A model generated the notes under the pieces. The model searched no databases. It saw only the letters and a list, made by a program, of their open reading frames with translations, and had not been told where the DNA came from. Both the position numbers and the translations under genes were made by a program. A stretch of DNA of 64,000 bases from Candidatus Poribacteria bacterium (GTDB taxonomy: Bacteria; Poribacteria; WGA-4E; PCPOR2b), in assembly GCA_965198175.1 (NCBI GenBank), contig OZ240245.1:1600001-1664000 (forward strand), written 5' to 3'. This document shows positions 10,601 through 19,649 of this stretch, in pieces (within the stretch, counting starts at the first letter, position 1; the number at the start of each line of letters is the position of its first letter).

Positions 10601-11201
10601 TCGCATCATGCAATACGAAACCGATGGACTGCCGATCGATGCCCAAGTGAGCGGAGATTTTCTATACCTGCTAGATGAGACGACCCTGCAGATCGTGGAT
10701 ATACGAAACCTTGAGTTGGTTTCACGTTTCAAAAACTTGCGCTTTCCGTCGGGATTGACGGTCATCGGCGATGCGGTTTATGTTGCGGATCTCTATTCAC
10801 TCCGAATCTTCAAGATTAACGAACACCTGTTCGAGCTTTCGGTAAATGACCCAACTGTGTTTGGAGAACCGACCCGACTTGACAACACCATTCCGGGTTC
10901 GGCGCGGTACGTAAATGAGCTCGGGCAGAATTTCCCAAATCCGTTCAACCCCGAAACATGGATACCGTTCCGCTTGGCGCAGGACGCGAATGTCACCGTG
11001 AACATCTTTAACCGGAGTGGAGACTTAGTGAGAACAATCGAAGCTGGTCTCATAGAGGCTGACGTTTATGAAAACCGAAGCAAGGCGCTCTACTGGGATG
11101 GGCGCAATGAACTCGGTGAACGCGTGGCGAACGGAACATATTTCTACGCGTTAACCGCGAACCGCTTCTCAGCGACTCGGAAAATGGCAATCCTCAGATA
11201 G
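7602..11201 (+). CDS. Secreted zinc metalloprotease (M30/gluzincin-like) fused to LVIVD repeats and an FlgD-Ig/T9SS-CTD-like domain
   Basis: Signal peptide; RCGT; LAHEFAHLV plus WLEEGIASFAE; many V.V.G.YAYvA.g..GL.I.Dv LVIVD repeats; C-terminal QNFPNPFNPETWIPF...YWDGRNELGERVANGTYFY...RKMAILR; GGAGG RBS. Confidence 0.88.
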   Translation: MRRCALLLLFCCIAHRVYAEPMHPSPPNGTHWRCGTPELIRHTTRPALQLPQIPAAPAPEVHLGQIDRFFTHIPEQLVKGTCIAIGEHIYIYIENSVLGLINEAQARDIAAEFDSRIYPQVHRWIGSEWKPGLDRDARITLFIHDVGLNDSAQDIGGYFSPTDQRRTDFNSNRREIIFADVFLLQERGRFILHALLAHEFAHLVNWYQNGGTTDERWLEEGIASFAEWAIYGNVHNIFVDGYLRDPSVSLTTGNTRDVYYGAAFMFLLYAFENYGGREFIRELARQDLLGINGINAALASLGRSERFADVFQNWAIANFVNEIRRGQIFGYDNLPNKRVERGVERAVNSYPSIRLDNLEDWGVRYVTFQNLPLQIEIALDGASKGEMYAQVARIPRRGTPSTNPLRFDENNNGRIELNNLNPTDKVILMATTNSAQSFRYAGTSDGNSGIVVGAPRPVDSSIVAPGTVTRAIGNRGQPIQKRSNISYKLEPMRQVHVSSSYQNVVVVGKYAYAASDWGLEIFDLAIPTQPARIGEIATPGNAQEVAVDGDTAYIADGAEGLQLINIQQPAAPQLIGTVKGFTFAHRIQIANGYAYTVDRENGLLIYDLQELHDAIEPKPISSFHTVGAALAVWVDGHTVYLSDRHQGFQILDFERIDIPAIIGKVDVIGFDFQVEDGYAYVASGDFRIVDVRDRFNPKVISTLRTPGTAANIKFRNGYVYLTDVEAGFYLIDVRNKLRPEFVARQSITGNAMGVSLFTPDDGTAIAYIAGEGGGLHTIDVSQLSNPQWLHRYDASGEAYGLDVVQVEGGGRMAYIADGSGGLKIVEIEEAFDATLTHYIPIDVTATDVRVEDGHAYIAAGEEEVLILDVRDVNRPNVIARISTSKPAMGVEIDNGYVYVCAGELIVIDVRNLNRIRIVARQRMAGNAHRVAIDGVHAYVAALDGGVQIFNVQNPAAPRAIASYETIGNATHVTVAEDRAYVLDSRAGVQFLDVAEPQRPVRIMQYETDGLPIDAQVSGDFLYLLDETTLQIVDIRNLELVSRFKNLRFPSGLTVIGDAVYVADLYSLRIFKINEHLFELSVNDPTVFGEPTRLDNTIPGSARYVNELGQNFPNPFNPETWIPFRLAQDANVTVNIFNRSGDLVRTIEAGLIEADVYENRSKALYWDGRNELGERVANGTYFYALTANRFSATRKMAILR

Positions 11202-11280
11202 GCAATATCGCTTGAGAGGGCTGCGTGCGGCATCTGGACGATTTCAAAGTTAAGAACAGAAGGTTACAAAGGTAAGGTAA

Positions 11281-14200
11281 ATGACACGAGACGAAGCATT
11301 GCGTATTTTGGGGTTAGAATCAAACGCGGCACTCGACGATGCGAAAAAAGCCTATCGTGACCTCGTGAAAGTCATACACCCAGACAAGGATTCTTCCCCT
11401 GGCGCAAATCAACGCTTTATAATTATCAAGGACGCATACGAAGTGATTACGAATCAACAAGAGCAAGGCGATTCTTCAAGAACGGAAAAGGCACGGAGAG
11501 AAAAAGAGCGAGAGCAAAGGGAAGCAAGAGCCAGAGCGGAAAAAGAACGCCAAGAAAGAGAAGCGAGGGAACAAAAGGAAAGAATACGTCAAGAAAAGGA
11601 GCGTGCGGAACGAAAGCGTCAGAGAAAAGAAAGAAAGGAGCAACAGGATAGAGAAGCCCATGCTGTTAGCTACTTTGAGCGTGGTGTGGAAAAAGTAAAG
11701 TTAGGGCAATATGCCGAAGCAATCAAGGATTTCGACGCTGCCATTGGGTTAAAACCAAATTATGTTGATGCCTACTATTGGCGAGGTTGGGCGAAGTATG
11801 GGTTAAAACAATACACTGCTGCTATTCAGGACTACGACGCTGCGATACGCTTGAAACCGGATTATGTTGATGCCCACTACGGGCGAGGTTGGGCGAATCA
11901 CAGCTTAGAACAATACGGTGCAGCTGTTCAGGACTACGGCGAAGCAATAAGGCTGAAACCGGATTATGTTGATGCTTACTATTATCGTGGTTGGGCGAAT
12001 CACAGCTTAGGACAATACGGTGCAGCTGTTCAGGACTACGACGCTGCGATACGCCTAAAGTCGAATTATGTTGATGCCTACTACGGGCGAGGTTGGGCGA
12101 ATCACAGCTTAGGACAATACGGTGCAGCTGTTCAGGACTACGACGCTGCGATACGCCTAAAGTCGGATTATGTTGATGCCTACTACTGGCGTGCTGAGGC
12201 GAATTATTGCTTAGAACAATACACTGCTGCTGTTCAGGACTACGGCGAAGCAATACGCTTGAAACCGGAGTATGTTGATGCCTACTACGGGCGAGGTAGG
12301 GCAAAGTATGGGTTAAAAAATACACTGCTGCTATTCAGGACTACGACGAGGCGATACGCCTGAAATCGCATTATGTTGATGCCTACTACTGGCGTGGTAG
12401 GGCAAAGTATGGGTTAAAACAATACACTGCTGCTATTCAGGACTACGACGCTGCGATACGCTTGAAACCGGATTATGTTGATGCCCACTACGGGCGAGGT
12501 TGGGCGAATCACAGCTTAGAACAATACGGTGCAGCTGTTCAGGACTACGACGCTGCGATACGCCTAAAGTCGGATTATGTTGATGCCTACTACTGGCGTG
12601 CTGAGGCGAATTATTGCTTAGAACAATACACTGCTGCTGTTCAGGACTACGGCGAAGCAATACGCTTGAAACCGGAGTATGTTGATGCCTACTACTGGCG
12701 TGCTGAGGCGAATTATTGCTTAGAACAATACGCGGCTGCTATTCAGGACTACGGCGAAGCAATACGCTTGAAACCGGAGTATGTTGATGCCTACTACGGG
12801 CGTGCTGAGGCGAATTATTGCTTAGAACAATACGCGGCTGCTATTCAGGACTACGACGCTGCGATACGCTTGAAACCGGATTATGTTGATGCCTACTACG
12901 GGCGAGGTTGGGTGAATCACAGCTTAGGACAATACGGTGCAGCTGTTCAGGACTACGACGCTGCGATACGCCTAAAGTCGGAGTATGTTGAGGCGCATTA
13001 CTGGCGTGGTAGGGCAAAGTATAGGTTAAAACAATACGCGGCTGCTATTCAGGACTACGACGCTGCGATACGCTTGAAACCGCATTATGTTGTTGCTTAC
13101 TATTATCGTGGTTTGGCGAATCACAGTTTAGGACAATACACTGCTGCGGTTCAGGACTACGACGCTGCGATACGCTTGAAACCGGATTATGTTGAGGCGT
13201 ATTACTGGCGTGGTAGGGCGAAGTATAGGTTGAAACAATACGCTGGTGCGGTTCAGGACTACGACGCTGCGATACGCTTGAAACCGACTTATGCCGATGC
13301 TTCCTACTGGCGTGGTAGGGCGAAGTATGAATTAAACCAATATGCGGACGCCCTCGCGGACTTGGACGAAGCCATACGTTTGAACCCGAATCATGACGCC
13401 GACTATCCACAAATCCTCGACTATCTTGATTGGGCAAATGAGGAGTTAAAGGACAAAGCCAAATATGAAGCTCGCCGCCACTATGAACGTGGCTGGGAGA
13501 ATACACTCGCAGGACAATACGCGGCAGCGATCTCGAACTTTGACGAAGCAATACGGCTTTATCCGAAGTATGCCGATGCTTACCTTGAGCGAGGCGAGGT
13601 AAAGTTGTTTCAGTTAAACCAATATGTGGATTCCCTCGCCGACTTTAATGAAGCAATTGAATGTGAAGGGGAAGGCACGGATTATGCCGATCCTGCGTAT
13701 GTATACTACTGTCGGGGACGGGCGATGTACGAATTAGGGAAATTTGATGCCGCTATAGACGATTATGACGAGGCATTAAATTTGGCACACGACGGTGATG
13801 TGTACGACTATTATGGGTATAATGAAATTCATGATGGGTATTTCGACATATACTACAACCGTGCCGAGGCGAAGTTTGGATTGGGTCGATTTGCTGATGC
13901 GATTGCGGACTACGACGAAGCAATTGCCTATCCCCCGAATGGTTCCGGATATGAGCGTGATATGGAGAATGCCTACTACAAGCGTGGCATGGCAAAGTTT
14001 AGATTGGGTCGATTTGCTGATGCGATTGTGGACTACGACGAAGCAATACGGCACAATGAAGATTATTTTAGGGGTCTTCCAGAACACTTGAAACTGCATT
14101 TAAAGCCGGATAATAGCGATGTCTACTACCATAGGGGAAGGGCGAAGTACAAACTGGGACAATACGCCGCTGCGGTCAAGGACTTTAACAAAGCAATACA

Positions 14201-14288
14201 CGTTAAATTAGTTTCTCGCATTGCCTATGTATATCGGCTTCTGACAAAGGCACGAGAAACAAAAAGAAAGCACGGCAATTCCTGCTGA
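11281..14288 (+). pseudogene. DnaJ J-domain, charged coiled coil and ~25 TPRs; split by a 1-bp deletion (or sequencing error) at ~12318
   Basis: J-domain (ALRILGL...KKAYRDLVKVIHPDK...F..IKDAYEVI). ORFs 11281-12363 and 12462-14288 rejoin if ttaaaaaatac (12313-12323) is restored to ttaaaacaatac, as in sister repeats. Confidence 0.85.
11740..13390 (+). repeat. 16 tandem 102-bp TPR-coding repeats
   Basis: Anchor tatgttg/tatgccg every 102 bp from 11761 to 13290, with one 101-bp interval (12271 to 12372). Confidence 0.95.
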
Positions 14289-14402
14289 TCTTATATTAAC
14301 AAAACTTTTGGGGCGACGGTTTCCGTCAATGAATACAGGAACGGCGCAATCTCTACATGGGATAAACATGACAATCGTCATCAATAGTGAAGGGAATGGA
14401 CA

Positions 14403-16094
14403 ATGCAATTCACAGCGAAACAAGCAAATCTTCTGAAAGCCATCAAGTCTCTCCAGTCGCAAGCGGCGCGAGATAATCAGCTATCGTATATCTCCGATGT
14501 GCGTGTGCGCAGCATCGGAGTTGATAAGCTAGAGCTTTCAACCACAGACACAAAAATTACAATCGACGCGGAGGTTACGCAAGCGGGGACGGTAATTCTT
14601 CCCATCAAACGGCTGAGCGAAGTTATCCGATCGGGCGAAAGCGTCCAGTTCCGAATGCTGCCGGGTGAGCAAATGCAAGTGGATTGCGGAGGACAGACCT
14701 ACTACCTGAGCGCGTCTACCTACCACGCCACGCCTCCCACAACCCGAACGGCAATAGCGGTCGTCACCCCAAAAAGCCGTAAACTCCGCAATTCGATGTT
14801 AATCTCTACGATTGCACACGTTATCTTGGCTATCGCTATCTTCCTGTTCGCAAGGGACGATACGGACGTTATCGAAGATGCGATTGCGGTCGAGATGGTG
14901 AAGCCACAGCCGAAGGTTAGGCGTTTGAAAAGGATCAAGCCGAAACCGCCTGAACCGGTGCGTCAACCCGTGCAACCGATTACCCAGCCCGTTCGCGTGT
15001 CATCTGCTCCGCGAGTGGCTAGACCTGTCGCGGCAGCGCCAAGCAGTGTGTCGATGGAGGTGTCCCCATTAGTTCCAGATACGATTGTAGACAGTCCTGT
15101 AACGACGGTGGCAGACATCGAAGCCAAGCGTAACGAGGAGGTCATTGCCCCTGCAGTCGGTGGGCGTCGAGGTCCCAACACAGGACGCGGGACAGGTACA
15201 GAGGCGATTGACGGACGTGGTCGAAGCGGAACGGGCGGTATTGACTCGCTAGTGGGCTCGGTCGGGGCAGCCGACGCGGGTGCTGGAGGAAGTGGCGACG
15301 ATCCGTTGGCTAAAATCACTACTGTCCCAGATGATAAATTGGGCGCTATCCTGGAGGGTGAGGGGGCAGACATACAGGGGCATATCCGCTTCACTCGGTT
15401 AATACATTCCCTAGCAGATTGGTGGCAAGACCCGTCGGCGCTGCCAAGTTTCATGCGGTGGTTATCCGACAACACTCGGCTCCGTGCGGATATGAAACTA
15501 GAAGGAGGCGCCATGCGGATGACGGATCCACGAATCCTTGATGCGCCGATTATTGTGATGACGGGGCACGATAAAGAACTGACGACAAGCCGTAATCTGA
15601 TGCGGGGCGAACCGTGGATGGTCGGTTTCACGCCTGCGGAGCGGTCGGCGATGAGAAAGTATCTCGTGGAACGCGGCGGGATGCTCTTTTTCGATGATTG
15701 CGGGTTTAAAGGCTTGTTTGCTGCGCGTGTCGCTTATGAATTGAATAAAATCCTGCCAGAGTATCCACTTCAGTCTATACCCCATAGCCATGAGATTTAT
15801 TCCATCTATTATAAGCTATCCACCCCTCCGAATGGGTCTGATGTGTATTGGGGATCCGAAAATAATCCGAAAGTCACGAAGTTTAAGTTTCACAAGGGGA
15901 TTACAGTCGGGCGTCGTCTCGCGGTGCTGTACAATCGGAAGGATTATCTCTGTGCGATGGAGACAGCGGAAATCCCAAGTCGGACGATGCTGCGGATGCG
16001 TCGTTCCAGCGACGTGCATCGGTTCATGGTTAATATGTTCGTGTATGCGATGAAGTACGGGGGAAATACCGATCGATCCGCTTATAGGAAATGA
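14403..16094 (+). CDS. Fusion protein: DnaN (beta-clamp) domain-I-like N-terminus, TonB-like TM/Pro-rich linker and C-terminal DUF4159 domain
   Basis: aa 1-105 align by eye to the beta-clamp N-terminal domain; TM ISTIAHVILAIAIFLFA; KPKPPEPVRQP linker; DUF4159 motifs (DWWQDP, PIIVMTGH, RKYLVERGGMLFFDDCG, LPEYPLQSIPHSHEIY, VNMFVYAM). Confidence 0.8.
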   Translation: MQFTAKQANLLKAIKSLQSQAARDNQLSYISDVRVRSIGVDKLELSTTDTKITIDAEVTQAGTVILPIKRLSEVIRSGESVQFRMLPGEQMQVDCGGQTYYLSASTYHATPPTTRTAIAVVTPKSRKLRNSMLISTIAHVILAIAIFLFARDDTDVIEDAIAVEMVKPQPKVRRLKRIKPKPPEPVRQPVQPITQPVRVSSAPRVARPVAAAPSSVSMEVSPLVPDTIVDSPVTTVADIEAKRNEEVIAPAVGGRRGPNTGRGTGTEAIDGRGRSGTGGIDSLVGSVGAADAGAGGSGDDPLAKITTVPDDKLGAILEGEGADIQGHIRFTRLIHSLADWWQDPSALPSFMRWLSDNTRLRADMKLEGGAMRMTDPRILDAPIIVMTGHDKELTTSRNLMRGEPWMVGFTPAERSAMRKYLVERGGMLFFDDCGFKGLFAARVAYELNKILPEYPLQSIPHSHEIYSIYYKLSTPPNGSDVYWGSENNPKVTKFKFHKGITVGRRLAVLYNRKDYLCAMETAEIPSRTMLRMRRSSDVHRFMVNMFVYAMKYGGNTDRSAYRK

Positions 16095-16231
16095 GTGCAT
16101 GTTCCGTTCAACGTTTGATTCGTGATGCTCTTCGCGGCAGCCTGATGAGAGCGGTGTAGATGCTAAATTGGCATTGTAAGTCACAGCTCGAGAAAAAACT
16201 TGCCAAAACTCAAGAAACACTAAGAAAAGAC

Positions 16232-16261
16232 TTGACATACAACAATCAGGTTTGGTATACT
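16232..16261 (+). promoter_or_regulatory. Sigma70-type promoter of the str/ribosomal cluster
   Basis: TTGACA (16232-16237), 18 bp, TGg-TATACT (16256-16261), with an A-rich upstream tract. Confidence 0.75.
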
Positions 16262-16470
16262 CTCATTCTCAATGCCATTTTACAATTTGATAAGGCATGA
16301 AGGGAGGGATTCTAAGCCAAGAACGCTTCAATAGTGTTTTTACGGTTTACTCATGATAAAGGACCATGTATGAGCCCCTTGAGTCCCCATGGGGCTTTAT
16401 TTATGCCTAACGGAAATTCACATAAAGCCCCTAACACCGCGTAGCCAACGACCAAATAATTGAGGGAAAT

Positions 16471-16836
16471 ATGCCAACGATAAATCAGTTAGTCAAAAAG
16501 TCTCGGAAAAAGAGTCGGAAGAAAAGTAAAGCGCCCGTCCTTCAGAACTGCCCACAGCGCCGAGGCATCTGTGTACAGGTCAGAGCCATAACGCCAAAAA
16601 AACCAAATTCAGCGCTTCGCAAAGTAGCTCGGGTTCGCTTCACAACGGGTTTCGAAGCGACCTGCTATATTCCGGGCATTGATCATAACTTGCAGGAGCA
16701 CTCTGTTGTTCTTGTCCGCGGTGGAAGAGTCAAAGATTTACCAAATGTCAGATATCATATCGTTCGCGGTGCTTTGGATACTGCGGGGGTTGAAAATCGA
16801 AGGCAGGCCCGATCCAAATATGGGGCGAAGAGGTAA
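16471..16836 (+). CDS. rpsL: 30S ribosomal protein S12
   Basis: [34 protein letters not shown]. Confidence 0.99.
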   Translation: MPTINQLVKKSRKKSRKKSKAPVLQNCPQRRGICVQVRAITPKKPNSALRKVARVRFTTGFEATCYIPGIDHNLQEHSVVLVRGGRVKDLPNVRYHIVRGALDTAGVENRRQARSKYGAKR

Positions 16837-16850
16837 TTAAGGAGTAAGGT

Positions 16851-17348
16851 ATGCCACGCCGCAAAGTCGGTGAGAAGCGAGAAATACTTCCGGATCCGAA
16901 GTATAACAGTAAACTTGTTGCAAAATTTGTCAATTGTCTGATGACCTGTGGGAAGAGAAGCCTTGCCCGGCGACTTTTGTATGAGAGCTTGGACATCATT
17001 GAGAATAAAACAAAGGAAGATGGGTTCGCGGTTTTCCGTCAGGCGATTAATAATGTTAAGCCTGTGCTCGAAATTAGATCGAGACGTGTTGGCGGACAAA
17101 CTTATCAGGTCCCTGTTGATGTTAGAGCTGAACGGCGAACCACGCTAGCAATTCGATGGATTGTCAAATCTACGCGCCGCGAGCGCGGATACGCCACTGT
17201 AAGCCAGCGCCCCGAAAAAACGATGCAAGAGCGACTAGCTGGCGAATTGTTAGATGCTTACAAAAATGAAGGATCTGCCTTCCGCAGAAAACTCGATCAA
17301 CATAGAATGGCGGAAGCAAACCGGGCATTTGCCCATTATCGCTGGTAG
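16851..17348 (+). CDS. rpsG: 30S ribosomal protein S7
   Basis: MPRR...PDPKY, RRVGGQTYQVP, HRMAEANRAFAHYRW. Confidence 0.99.
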   Translation: MPRRKVGEKREILPDPKYNSKLVAKFVNCLMTCGKRSLARRLLYESLDIIENKTKEDGFAVFRQAINNVKPVLEIRSRRVGGQTYQVPVDVRAERRTTLAIRWIVKSTRRERGYATVSQRPEKTMQERLAGELLDAYKNEGSAFRRKLDQHRMAEANRAFAHYRW

Positions 17349-17396
17349 ATAGATGGATAATATCGTCCGGGCCAGTTTGGAAGGTGAATTTAGAAA

Positions 17397-19535
17397 ATGA
17401 CGCTTGCACAAAATGACCGTTCTGCATCCGCAAAACCGAAATTGATAGATCCGCGTCGGTTTCCGGTGGGTAATACGCGCAACATTGGCATTATGGCGCA
17501 TATTGATGCTGGAAAGACAACTATAACCGAACGGATACTATACTATACAGGTCGAGTCCATCGGATGGGCATAGTTGACGACGGCACTACCGCGATGGAT
17601 TGGATGGTCCAAGAGCAAGAAAGAGGGATCACCATAACAGCTGCGGCAACCGCATGCCGATGGAAGGACCACCGTATCAACATTATTGATACACCGGGGC
17701 ATATCGACTTTACCGTTGAAGTCGAACGCTCACTCCGCGTTCTTGATGGTGCCGTTGCTGTATTTTGTGCGGTTGGCGGAGTCGAGCCTCAATCCGAAAC
17801 TGTGTGGAGACAAGCGGACAAATATGAAATTCCTCGCATTGCGTTAATCAATAAGATGGATCGGACGGGAGCGGACTTTTTTCGAACTATTGAAATGATG
17901 ATTGAACGGCTCGGTGCACGTGCTATACCAATTCAGTTGCCTATCGGTTCAGCAGAGCGATTTGACGGTGTTGTCGATTTGATTTCACGCAAGGGTTTAA
18001 TATGGAATGAGGCAAGCCTCGGCGCCGTAATTGACGAAACAGCTATCCCTGAAGAAATGACAGAGATAGTTGAGGAGTACCGAGGGCAGATGGTGGAGGC
18101 AGTTGCTGAATGGGATAACGAGTTGCTGATAAAATACCTTGATGGAGTTGAACTTTCTGAGACGGAAATTAAAGCAGGCCTAAGAAATGCCACATTGAAC
18201 GGTCACGTTGTTCCGGTTCTATGTGGTGCCGCATTAAGGAACAGAGGAATTCAACCGTTGCTAGATGCTATCACTGACTATTTGCCCTCCCCCGTAGATG
18301 TCCCTCCAATGACCGGATTCCACCCCCAAACCCACGATGAAGAAAGACGTTCAGCCAGTGATGAAGAGCCATTTTCAGCATTAGCCTTCAAAATCATGAC
18401 GGATGAGCACGTTGGGAAATTGACGTTTCTCCGTGTTTATTCTGGGGTTCTAACCAAGGGTGCTGCCGTATATAATAGTACCCGTCTGAAGCAGGGGAGA
18501 ATCGGTAGGTTGATGCAAATGCACGCGAATAAACGCGAGGAACGTCACGCAGTTTATGCAGGGGACATCGCCGCTGTGATTGGGCTAAAGGATATCTCCA
18601 CCGGCGACACTATCTGTCAGCAGAATTTCCCCATTACTTTTGAATCGATAGTTTTTCCATCACCTGTCATGTCAATTGCGATTGAGCCACAAACGCAATC
18701 CGATGTGGACAAAATGAATCTAGCACTCTCGAAGTTGGCTGAGGAAGATCCAACTTTTAAGATTCATCAGGATACCGAAACGGGGCAGACGCTCCTGTCA
18801 GGTATGGGAGAACTGCACCTGGAAATCATCGTTGATCGACTAATTCGGGAGTTCAATGTTTGCGCCAATATCGGGAAGCCGCAGGTAGCTTATCGTGAAA
18901 CCATCCGGCGGCACGCGATGGCAGAGGGACGGTTTGTCAGACAATCCGGCGGACGCGGTCAATACGGACATGTTGTTCTCGAAATTTATCCTATGGCGAA
19001 GGGAACTGGATATGAATTCGTAGATGAGATAAAGGGCGGCGATATTCCGGGAGACTATATACCCGCTATTGATAAGGGGATTCAGAATGCAATGAACGTT
19101 GGCATTGTATGTGGCTATCCCGTCGTTGATGTTGGCGTACGTCTCTACGATGGTTCTTACCATTCCGTTGATTCCTCCGAAATAGCGTTTTCAATCGCTG
19201 CTTCGATTGCTTTCAAAGAGGCGATGAAGCAAGCAAACTCAATCTTGCTTGAACCCATCATGGATGTTGAAGTGATTGTGCCTGATAGCTACTTAGGCAA
19301 AGTTATCGGAGACTTGAATGCACGTCGAGCACAAATTCTCCGGACGGACACACAATCAAAATCTCACATACAGCTGATTCAAGCATATTGCCCACTTGCT
19401 GAGATGTTCGGTTATGTCAAAACCCTTCGCTCCTTAACACAAGGGCGAGCGACGTATTCAATGGAACTCTCGCACTACAGCGATGTTCCACAAAGCATTG
19501 TTCAGGAAATTCTTTCGTCAAAAAATCTATCTTAG
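17397..19535 (+). CDS. fusA: Elongation factor G
   Basis: [54 protein letters not shown]. Confidence 0.99.
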   Translation: MTLAQNDRSASAKPKLIDPRRFPVGNTRNIGIMAHIDAGKTTITERILYYTGRVHRMGIVDDGTTAMDWMVQEQERGITITAAATACRWKDHRINIIDTPGHIDFTVEVERSLRVLDGAVAVFCAVGGVEPQSETVWRQADKYEIPRIALINKMDRTGADFFRTIEMMIERLGARAIPIQLPIGSAERFDGVVDLISRKGLIWNEASLGAVIDETAIPEEMTEIVEEYRGQMVEAVAEWDNELLIKYLDGVELSETEIKAGLRNATLNGHVVPVLCGAALRNRGIQPLLDAITDYLPSPVDVPPMTGFHPQTHDEERRSASDEEPFSALAFKIMTDEHVGKLTFLRVYSGVLTKGAAVYNSTRLKQGRIGRLMQMHANKREERHAVYAGDIAAVIGLKDISTGDTICQQNFPITFESIVFPSPVMSIAIEPQTQSDVDKMNLALSKLAEEDPTFKIHQDTETGQTLLSGMGELHLEIIVDRLIREFNVCANIGKPQVAYRETIRRHAMAEGRFVRQSGGRGQYGHVVLEIYPMAKGTGYEFVDEIKGGDIPGDYIPAIDKGIQNAMNVGIVCGYPVVDVGVRLYDGSYHSVDSSEIAFSIAASIAFKEAMKQANSILLEPIMDVEVIVPDSYLGKVIGDLNARRAQILRTDTQSKSHIQLIQAYCPLAEMFGYVKTLRSLTQGRATYSMELSHYSDVPQSIVQEILSSKNLS

Positions 19536-19649
19536 CTCTATATTTCAAATCCTTTACCACTTCATGAATGGTAAAGCACCCTGATCGCCAGAGGCTGGCA
19601 GAGTAATGGGCGCCCGTTAAAATTCTTATGAATGTGAGGAGATTTACAC

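Noticed and set aside
11740..13390. TPR array as a diversity-generating retroelement target or CRISPR array
   Set aside because: No reverse transcriptase or template repeat in the window; differences are block swaps rather than adenine-specific changes; units are in-frame coding repeats with no unique spacers or cas genes.
14315..14381. Short palindromes gacggtttccgtc and atgacaatcgtcat as operator sites
   Set aside because: Only 5-bp arms, expected by chance, with no convincing recurrence.
14403..14720. Calling this gene dnaN
   Set aside because: Only one of three clamp domains is present, followed by a TM helix; it cannot be the replicative clamp.
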